From positions 17,222 to 81,221 of the forward strand of contig JBBQEJ010000001.1 in the NCBI GenBank assembly GCA_038320555.1: a DNA stretch of 64,000 bases. The letters run 5' to 3'. Both the position numbers and the translations under genes were made by a program. A model generated the notes under the pieces. It saw only the letters and a list, made by a program, of their open reading frames with translations. It made no database searches and was not told the DNA's origin. Shown one piece after another: positions 55,467 through 64,000 of the stretch. Positions within the stretch are counted from its first letter, which is position 1; every line of letters starts with the position of its first letter. Origin of the DNA: Vicinamibacterales bacterium (GTDB lineage: Bacteria > Acidobacteriota > Vicinamibacteria > Vicinamibacterales > 2-12-FULL-66-21).

Positions 55467-55801
55467 GCAGGGATAGCTTATCTGATGGCAGCCTCAAAAG
55501 GCGGCGCGACAGAAAGGCCGGCGGCGGCGCTCTGAACGGCAGCTGACGTAGGGAAAACAAGTCCTGCGAGGACGCGTGGCGTGATAGGAAGCCGGAATAG
55601 GCCAACCGGGGGGAAACGGCGGATGCGGTACCACGTGATCCGGCCAGATCAAGAGCGACTGCTGAACCGTCAGGCCGGTGAGCTTGGCTGATTCATGTAC
55701 TCAGCCGCGGTCACGGCGACGGCTTTTGAGACACCGGCATCATAGGGACTGGTGTGCGACGCGCCTGGTGGGGAAACTGTTGCTACAGGCTGTGAACCCC
55801 G

Positions 55802-56674
55802 CTACATAACCCGTGGAGAAAACTCCTGCCTGATGCGATCGGCAACTCTGGCGACATCCACCATCTCAGCTACACGGTGGACCCGGACGATATGTGCGCC
55901 GAGCAGCACGCTGGCGGCTACCGCGGCAGCCGTCCCCCATTCCCGCCCGGCCGGCGGCCGGTCGCCAATCGCCGCACTGAGGAACGACTTGCGCGAGGGC
56001 CCGGCAAGGATCGGCCGATCGAGATGCGCAAGATCGCCGAGGTGTGCCAGTGCGGCGTACGAATGCGCCGCACGCTTCGCGAACCCGAGGCCCGGATCGA
56101 CGATGATCGCTTCCCGAGCAACACCCGCGGCGATCGCACGCGTGAGGGCGGCCCCCAGTTCCTCGGAAATCTCGGCGACAAGGTCGGAGTAGGCGGCTTC
56201 GCGGTACATCTCGCGCGAGCGCCCGCGGTTATGCATCAGCACGACCGCGGCCCCCGACTCCGCGACGACCGAACCCAAACCTGGATCGAACTGCAGGCCG
56301 CTGACGTCGTTGACGATGACGGCGCCGGCGGCCATCGCCTCGCGCGCCACGATCGCCTTGTAGGTATCGACGGACACGGGTACGCCGCTCGTGGCCAGTC
56401 GCTCGATGACCGGCAGGACGCGGCGGAGTTCTTCGTCCGCGGGCAACGGCTCGGCGCCCGGCCGCGTCGATTCTCCCCCGACGTCGAGGATGTCAGCCCC
56501 TTCCTCGACCATCCGCAGGCCATCCTCAATCGCACGGCCGGGATCGAGCCGCACGGCCCCGTCCGAGAAGGAGTCCGGCGTGATGTTGAGAATTCCCATG
56601 ACGAGGGTACGCTCGCCCAGCACAAGTGCCGCGCGATTCCTTAGCGGTACTTCGTAACGGGCTCGCGGGGTCAA
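55802..56674 (-). CDS. folP: dihydropteroate synthase
   Basis: VMGILNITPDSFSDG, DVGGESTRPG and VSVDT motifs. Confidence 0.9.
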   Translation of the reverse strand: MTPRARYEVPLRNRAALVLGERTLVMGILNITPDSFSDGAVRLDPGRAIEDGLRMVEEGADILDVGGESTRPGAEPLPADEELRRVLPVIERLATSGVPVSVDTYKAIVAREAMAAGAVIVNDVSGLQFDPGLGSVVAESGAAVVLMHNRGRSREMYREAAYSDLVAEISEELGAALTRAIAAGVAREAIIVDPGLGFAKRAAHSYAALAHLGDLAHLDRPILAGPSRKSFLSAAIGDRPPAGREWGTAAAVAASVLLGAHIVRVHRVAEMVDVARVADRIRQEFSPRVM

Positions 56675-56747
56675 GGAAAAAAGAGGAAAGGGAAAGGGAA
56701 AAGGGAAAAGGGCCTTCTTGCCTTGTCCCTTTGCCCTTTTGCCTTGC
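56675..56747. repeat. GGAAAG/GGAAAAG array with a complementary CCCTTT/CCTTTTG half (hairpin)
   Basis: GAGGAAAGGGAAAGGGAAAAGGGAAAAGGGCC ... GCCTTGTCCCTTTGCCCTTTTGCC lies between ftsH and folP. Confidence 0.8.
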
Positions 56748-58657
<1,910 letters not shown>

Positions 58658-58661
<4 letters not shown>

Positions 58662-60073
58662 CCTAGGCCTCCTAACCGCCTTGCTTTCAAGAATATCACG
58701 CCTCGCGAGGGCTCCGTGACCCGAAAATCCTCGGCCACCGACTCCCCCACGACCCACACGATCCGGTCCTGGCCATCGACCACCAGGGGAAGCGAATCCC
58801 TGATTTCTCTAGGGATTTTGCGATCCACCAGGAAGTCCTGGAGCTTTTTCCGATGCCCCAGCCCGAGGGGACGGAAGCGATCGCCGCGCCGCCGCAATCG
58901 AATTGCCAGCGGCAACGTCAGCGGATCGGCCGCGACGGCGACCTCTGCCGCCCTTGCGGGTCCCGCCCCTGCAGGTCCGAGCGAATCGACCCGCTCGGCC
59001 GACACCGCCCATCCCTGATTATCGAGCGTCACCTCACCAGGAATAGACAACGGAAACCGAAAAGAGTTCTCGAGGCCGGAATCGCGCCGGCGAGGAGCCG
59101 GTGGTCCGAGCACGATCACCCGTCCGCTGCGCACGGCCCGCTGGCCCGGCAGATCGACCGCCTCCCCATCCGTCGCGTCCGCAAGCTGCAGCAACCTGTG
59201 GACGAGGTCGAATCCGATGAAACGTCCGGCCGCCAGCATCGAGAGAGCGTGCCGCGCGACACGCGTCGCAAGCGCCGGATGGAGCGACCTCAGCGCGGAA
59301 GCGTCAACCTCGATTTTTCCGCCTGTAGTTAAGACGATCGTACGGGAGAAATCGATTGCTTCCTGCTGCAAACGATTTTCGTCGTCGCGTGCCATCGCCG
59401 CTTCCCGGGCCAGCACACGGCTGATTCCAGGCGAAAACTCGCGCTCGAGATACGGGATGAGCTCGTGGCGCACCCGATTCCTCGGGATCGAGAGATCGGC
59501 GTTGCTGCCGTCGGTGCGAAACGTCAGAGCTCGATCCGCCGCATACTGCCGAAGATCCGCGCGTGAAATATCGAGGAGCGGGCGGATCACGCGCCCGGCA
59601 CGGGGCAGAATCCCCGCGAGGCCGCGCGCACCCGAGCCGCGGACCAGACGCAAAAGAAAGGTCTCGGCCTGATCGTCCAGGCTATGGCCGACGGCAATCG
59701 CGTCGGCGCCGACACGATCGGCCGCCTGCTCGAAAAACGCGTAGCGAAGCTCGCGCGCCACGTCCTCAACCGAACGCCGTGTATTGCGCGCGGCGGTGCG
59801 CACGTCCGCACGCCCCACTTCGATCGGCAGGCCGAGCCCCGACGCCATCGCGCGGCAGAACGCTTCATCCTCGTCGGCGGAGGGACCTCGAAGCTGGTGA
59901 TTGAAGTGCGCAAGCCCGGCAACCGTCAGCTCCCCCGCTGTCTGGAGCTCGAACAGCAGATGGGCGAGCGCAACCGAGTCGGGCCCGCCCGACAACGCCA
60001 CGAGCGCGCGCCCGCCGGGCGCCAGAAGCGCATGCCGCCGAATCGTACGGACGACCCGCTGCGACAGATTCAA
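58658..60073 (-). CDS. tilS: tRNA(Ile)-lysidine synthase
   Basis: [14 protein letters not shown]-loop, HFNHQLRG, and a C-terminal TilS substrate-binding-domain pattern. Confidence 0.9.
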
Positions 60074-60104
60074 TTGCGCGTACCTTGTCAGCGAAGAAAA
60101 GAAA

Positions 60105-60181
60105 TGGTGGCGGTGCAGGGACTTGAACCCCGGACAACGCGGATATGAGCCGCGTGCTCTAACCAGCTGAGCTACACCGCC
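60105..60181 (-). tRNA. tRNA with CAU anticodon (elongator Met or Ile2; not initiator-like)
   Basis: Hand-folded 77-nt cloverleaf. Acceptor GGCGGUG/CACCGCC, D arm GCUC/GAGC, anticodon stem CGCGG/CCGCG with loop CUCAUAU, T arm CGGGG-UUCAAGU-CCCUG, and an encoded CCA. Confidence 0.85.
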
Positions 60182-60313
60182 AGAATCCCTGATTGTACAT
60201 CAGGGCAGGTAACGAAGCAGGCTTTGGAGAGAGCGGAGTTCACAACGAAGTACTTCGTTTTGTCGTCGTTCACTTCGTTGCTTCGTTGTGAACCCGGTGC
60301 CCCCTCCCCTCCA
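60182..60313. repeat. CTTCGTT-family inverted-repeat element, copy B
   Basis: Perfect 13-bp inverted pair: GTTCACAACGAAG (60238-60250) and CTTCGTTGTGAAC (60281-60293). The same 13-mer occurs in copy A. Confidence 0.9.
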
Positions 60314-61261
60314 CTACTCCTCCACGAGCGCAGCCGCGAGAAGCGGGATCATGATCTCGTGGTGGCCCACGAGCGAATAGCCCTTGCCCACCCCGGCAAC
60401 CGGCCGCGACACGACGTTGGTCTGCGGCCGGTAAAGCCGGGTGAAGTCCATATTAACGGTCGTGAGCTGGTCGAGCGATGCCCCCTGGTTACGCGCGATG
60501 GCGACCGCCTTGAGGAACACTTCCGGCAGCACCACGGCGGAACCGCAGTTCAAGTACACGCCGCCTTTCAGCCTCGCGACGTTGGAGACGAAATACCGGA
60601 AGTCCCGCAGGCTGCCTTCGCCAAGCGCGGCACCCGACGCTCGTGGATGCATGTGAATGATGTCGGTGCCGATCGCCACGTGCACGGTCACCGGAATCTG
60701 CAGCCGCGTGGCCGCCGCCACGACGCTCAGCGCTTCGTGCGCGGGCTTCATCTCGCGCAGCCGGCGCCCGACCGCCTGGCCCAACCCGAGTCCGTTCTTC
60801 ACACCGTCGTTGATGGCCGCGTTCAGCAGCTCGCCGGTCTCTTCCGCCATGCCGAAGCGTCCGGGCCCGAGCGCTTCGTCCACGTCCTCCGACGTGCCGC
60901 CCGAGAGCGCCAGCTCGAAGTCGTGAATGATCCCGGCGCCGTTTGTCGCCAGCGCGGAGACAAAGCCTCGCTCCATCAGGTCGATCAGGATCGGTCCCAG
61001 CCCGGTCTTGATGACGTGGGCTCCAAAGCCCCAGATGATGCCCCGATCCCCCGTACGCGCCGCCCGGATCGCCGCGACGACGGCCTTGAAATCCGCCGCC
61101 GCGAGAATGGCTGGAAACGACGCAAGGAGCGACGCCATTCCGCCTCCGGCGCGATACGGCTTCGCGAAATCGGCCGCGTTCGCCTTGCTCGTCCGCGACC
61201 CCAGCGGATACGTACGGACGCCGGAGAGATCGTAGTCTTCGTAGGGGAATTTCACGCGCAT
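60314..61261 (-). CDS. deoxyhypusine-synthase-like family protein
   Basis: WGFGAHVIKTGL and ATNGAGIIHDFE patterns recall the DHS-like NAD-binding fold. ATG at 61261 (a TTG alternative lies at 61276). Confidence 0.6.
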   Translation of the reverse strand: MRVKFPYEDYDLSGVRTYPLGSRTSKANAADFAKPYRAGGGMASLLASFPAILAAADFKAVVAAIRAARTGDRGIIWGFGAHVIKTGLGPILIDLMERGFVSALATNGAGIIHDFELALSGGTSEDVDEALGPGRFGMAEETGELLNAAINDGVKNGLGLGQAVGRRLREMKPAHEALSVVAAATRLQIPVTVHVAIGTDIIHMHPRASGAALGEGSLRDFRYFVSNVARLKGGVYLNCGSAVVLPEVFLKAVAIARNQGASLDQLTTVNMDFTRLYRPQTNVVSRPVAGVGKGYSLVGHHEIMIPLLAAALVEE

Positions 61262-61381
61262 GAGGATAGCGCACAACCGGCTTCGTGGGTTCGCGGGTCG
61301 CGGGCCGCGACTGGCGCCTCGCGGCTGGCGACTCGCGGCGCGCGATTGCAGGATTCGAGGATCAGTGATGAGTGATTGGAT

Positions 61382-62473
61382 TCACATGATGAGCATCGCG
61401 TCGCCGTAGCTGTAAAAACGATACCGGTGCTCGATGGCTTCGCGGTAGGCTGCGAGGACCCTCTCTTTCCCGGCGAACGCGGCAACAAGCATCAGCAGCG
61501 ACGACCCCGGAAGATGGAAGTTGGTCAGCAAGGCGTCAACCGCCCGGAACCGATGGCCGGGGTAGATGAAGATCGCGGCTGTCCCGGCCCCCGGCGTCAC
61601 GCGTCCGCCACCCCGCATGGCCGCATCCTCGAGCGCGCGCGTCGTCGTGGTGCCGACGGCGACAATCCGCCGCCCGTCGGTCCGCGCACGCGTGATCGCG
61701 TCGGCTGTCTCGCCAGCAATGTTGTAGTGCTCAGGATCGACGACGTGATCTTCAACGCGTTCGACCCGGACTGGCTTGAAGGTTCCATATCCGACCTGCA
61801 ATGTGATCTCGGTGCGCTCGATGCCTGCCTTCTCGAGCGCAGTCAGAAGCTCGGGCGTGAAATGCAGGCCCGCGGTCGGCGCGGCGACCGAGCCGCGCAC
61901 GCGCGCGAAGACCGTCTGATATCGCTCACGATCCGCCATCGTATCTGGCCGATTGATGTACGGCGGCAGCGGAATATGGCCGAGCGCATCGATGAGCGTG
62001 TCAACGTCGCCGCCCGACTCCGGCCACAACCGAATCGTCCGCCGTCCCTGAAAGCGACGCGCGATCACTTCCGCCATCAGCATACCGGCCCGCCCTTCGA
62101 AGCGGACGAGCGCTCCAGGCTTCAGCTTCTGTCCCGGATGCATGAGCGCTTCGGCGGTGCGCACGTCGCGATCGGGGATCCGGGCTTCGGATTCCGAATC
62201 CAGGGTCATCGAGCTCGTCGGCCCGAGCAGGAGGCACTCCACGGCGCCACCGCTCGGAACGCGATGGCCGAGCAGCCGAGCGGCGAAGACGCGCGTGTTG
62301 TTGACGGCGAGCAGATCCCCGGCGCGAAGGATTGACGGGAGATCCGCCACCGAGCCATGACGGACGGCCCCGGTGGTACGGTCGAGCACGAGCAACCGCG
62401 ACGTGCCGCGCGGCGCCGCATCCTGCGCAATCAGCTCGTCGGGAAGCTCGAAATCGAAGTCGGAAACGTTCAT
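61382..62473 (-). CDS. queA: S-adenosylmethionine:tRNA ribosyltransferase-isomerase
   Basis: FDFELPDELIAQ, PLPPYI, TAGLHFT, VGTTTTRALE and LLTNFHLP motifs. ATG at 62473. Confidence 0.9.
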   Translation of the reverse strand: MNVSDFDFELPDELIAQDAAPRGTSRLLVLDRTTGAVRHGSVADLPSILRAGDLLAVNNTRVFAARLLGHRVPSGGAVECLLLGPTSSMTLDSESEARIPDRDVRTAEALMHPGQKLKPGALVRFEGRAGMLMAEVIARRFQGRRTIRLWPESGGDVDTLIDALGHIPLPPYINRPDTMADRERYQTVFARVRGSVAAPTAGLHFTPELLTALEKAGIERTEITLQVGYGTFKPVRVERVEDHVVDPEHYNIAGETADAITRARTDGRRIVAVGTTTTRALEDAAMRGGGRVTPGAGTAAIFIYPGHRFRAVDALLTNFHLPGSSLLMLVAAFAGKERVLAAYREAIEHRYRFYSYGDAMLIM

Positions 62474-62525
62474 GCCGCGGACCAGCGGCCAATGTACTGC
62501 GGTACAATCGCTGCGTCGAATCTTG

Positions 62526-63773
62526 ATGAGCGAAGACCCACTAGAACAGGAAGACGAACGCAAGCACGTCCTGCCCGCGAAGCGATCAGCCGAAGTCCTC
62601 CTGGTCGCCCCCGAACCCGACGCCGAGCGTCCCGCACCGGCTCCGAGCGGAAGCGCAATCGTCGACGTGAGGAATGTGGCGATGACCGTGCTCGCCGTGA
62701 TAGCGGCCGTGCTGGTCCTGCAGTACGCGCAGTCCGTGCTCGTGCCGATTGTCGTCGGCATTCTCATCAGCTACGGGCTTGCGCCATTCGTCGGAGCTCT
62801 CCAGCGAGTACGCGTGCCGCGCTCAATCGGTGCGGCCGTCGCGGTGACGACGGTGGTCGGCGCAATCGGCATAGGGATGTACACGCTGACCGACCAGGCG
62901 ATGGCCATTGTGTCCGACGTGCCGCAGGCGGCCCAGCGGATCCGCGAGCGCGTGCGTGACCATCGGCTCAGCCCGGGCGGTGCCATGCAGAAGGTGCAGG
63001 AAGCCGCGAAAGAGATCGACAGGGCGGCGCAGGAAGCATCCGCACCCACCAACGCCGAGCGGAGGGCCTCCGAGCAGCTGCAGGCGGCGACCGGTGTCCA
63101 GAAGGTGGAAATCGTGGCTCCGCCCTTCAGGGCTTCGGACTACCTGTGGTCGGGCGGACTGAACCTCGCGGGCTTCGCGGCGCAATTCGTCCTCGTTCTG
63201 TTTCTCGTGTACTTCTTTCTGGTGACGGGGGATCTCTACAAGCGGAAAATCGTCAAGATCGCGGGGCGCACGCTGTCAGAGAAGAAGATCACCGTGCAGA
63301 TCCTCGACGAGATCAACGTGCAGATTGAAAGCTTCATGCGGGTCCAGGTGTTCACGAGCGTTCTCGTCGCCGTCGCGACCGCCCTCGCGCTCTGGTGGTT
63401 CGGCGTGGACCACCCGATCGTCTGGGGCATCCTCGCCGGCGTGTTCAACTCCATTCCGTATCTCGGTCCCCTTCTCGTAACGGGCGGGCTCGGCGTTGTC
63501 TCGTTCATGCAGTTCAACGACCTGCTGCAAACCTCTTACGTCTGCGCGGTCGCGTTCGCCATTACCAGCCTCGAGGGCTTCCTGCTCACCCCCATGCTCA
63601 TGAGCCGCGCCGCGCAGATGAACCCCGTGGCGATCTTCGTCGGCCTGCTGTTCTGGAGCTGGATCTGGGGCCTCTGGGGCACCGTGCTCGCGGTCCCGAT
63701 GCTGATGATGCTGAAGGCCGTCTGTGACCACGTTGAGGACCTGCAGCCGGTCGGCGAATTGCTGGGCGAGTAG
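62526..63773 (+). CDS. AI-2E family transporter (PerM-like)
   Basis: Polytopic protein with GIPYLGP-like NSIPYLGPLL and a C-terminal WGLWGTVLAVPM. ATG at 62526. Confidence 0.8.
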   Translation: MSEDPLEQEDERKHVLPAKRSAEVLLVAPEPDAERPAPAPSGSAIVDVRNVAMTVLAVIAAVLVLQYAQSVLVPIVVGILISYGLAPFVGALQRVRVPRSIGAAVAVTTVVGAIGIGMYTLTDQAMAIVSDVPQAAQRIRERVRDHRLSPGGAMQKVQEAAKEIDRAAQEASAPTNAERRASEQLQAATGVQKVEIVAPPFRASDYLWSGGLNLAGFAAQFVLVLFLVYFFLVTGDLYKRKIVKIAGRTLSEKKITVQILDEINVQIESFMRVQVFTSVLVAVATALALWWFGVDHPIVWGILAGVFNSIPYLGPLLVTGGLGVVSFMQFNDLLQTSYVCAVAFAITSLEGFLLTPMLMSRAAQMNPVAIFVGLLFWSWIWGLWGTVLAVPMLMMLKAVCDHVEDLQPVGELLGE

Positions 63774-63814
63774 AGATCTAAACTTCTAAACTTCTAAAGT
63801 TCTTTAGAACTTTA
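63774..63814. repeat. CTAAACTT x2 / CTAAAGTT units ending in the hairpin TAAAGTTC-TTTA-GAACTTTA
   Basis: AT-rich element between convergent genes. The hairpin at 63795-63814 overlaps the stop codon of the partial downstream CDS. Probable bidirectional terminator. Confidence 0.7.
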
Positions 63815-64000
63815 AAACAACCTGAATCGCGACAGGAGCCACGCGGTGACGAGGAGCGGGATCATCGCGACGGCAAAAAGAACGGCAATGACCCCGAGCA
63901 CGAACAGCCAGTCCCCGCGGCTTGCCTTGGTGCCCGGGCGCGCGTAGCGCTCCAGGAGCGCCAGGTTTCTGACGTTCGCCTTCCAGCCGAAATCAAACGC
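63812..64000 (-). CDS. C-terminal fragment of an unidentified membrane protein (gene starts beyond the window end)
   Basis: My minus-strand translation is open from 64000: AFDFGWKANVRNLALLERYARPGTKASRGDWLFVLGVIAVLFAVAMIPLLVTAWLLSRFRLF, then a stop. It has a C-terminal TM helix and no family call. Confidence 0.4.
   Translation of the reverse strand, partial: AFDFGWKANVRNLALLERYARPGTKASRGDWLFVLGVIAVLFAVAMIPLLVTAWLLSRFRLF

Noticed and set aside
55467-55801. RNase P RNA, SRP RNA, tmRNA or 6S RNA in the folP-cdaA gap
   Set aside because: It has no GAGGAAAGUCC, no GGAAGCAGCC-type SRP helix-8 motif, no tRNA-like tmRNA ends, and no convincing long closing stem. I kept it only as an unexplained region.

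Overview
This is a clearly high-GC bacterial chromosomal segment. Gene content and style suggest an Acidobacteriota-like organism, but that is inference only. It is densely packed with about 65 protein genes and one tRNA, and most are core housekeeping genes. Recognisable units: the envelope/isoprenoid operon uppS-cdsA-dxr-rseP. Almost the whole de novo pyrimidine pathway: pyrE; pyrR-pyrB-pyrC plus a second PRTase; pyrK-pyrD-pyrF. tRNA-modification genes: truA, queE-queC-alaX, queA, and tRNA(CAU)-tilS-ftsH. Also folP, cdaA-cdaR-glmM-pdxJ, a gldA/F/G-like ABC system with DUF4340, an ArsR plus P1B-ATPase metal module, and outer-membrane/LPS genes (TonB receptor, mltB, tolC-like, GT2, GT4, dacB, Pal-like). 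There is also a 1139-aa secreted protein with a Calx-beta domain and four CARDB repeats. Five things stand out. (1) A compact bacterial-microcompartment locus (class II aldolase with a C-terminal encapsulation-like helix, 1 BMC-H, 3 BMC-P, and a 68-aa Cys-rich miniprotein with an N-terminal encapsulation-like helix) that lacks the usual aldehyde dehydrogenase/PduL core. (2) An ArsC/Spx-family gene whose redox Cys position is an in-frame TGA followed by a SECIS-like hairpin, making it a candidate UxxC selenoprotein. (3) Most longer intergenic spacers, including spacers inside operons, are built from phased heptanucleotide arrays and hairpin-forming repeat families. One array is inserted in frame in pyrF and others are read through as protein tails. 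(4) A LysW-like zinc-ribbon protein with a polyacidic tail is translationally coupled to a LarE-type PP-loop sulfur transferase. (5) A PyrR-binding hairpin sits in the pyrR leader. I saw no rRNA, CRISPR, transposase, integrase, phage or recognisable defence genes. All function calls come from reading motifs in the supplied translations; no database search was possible.
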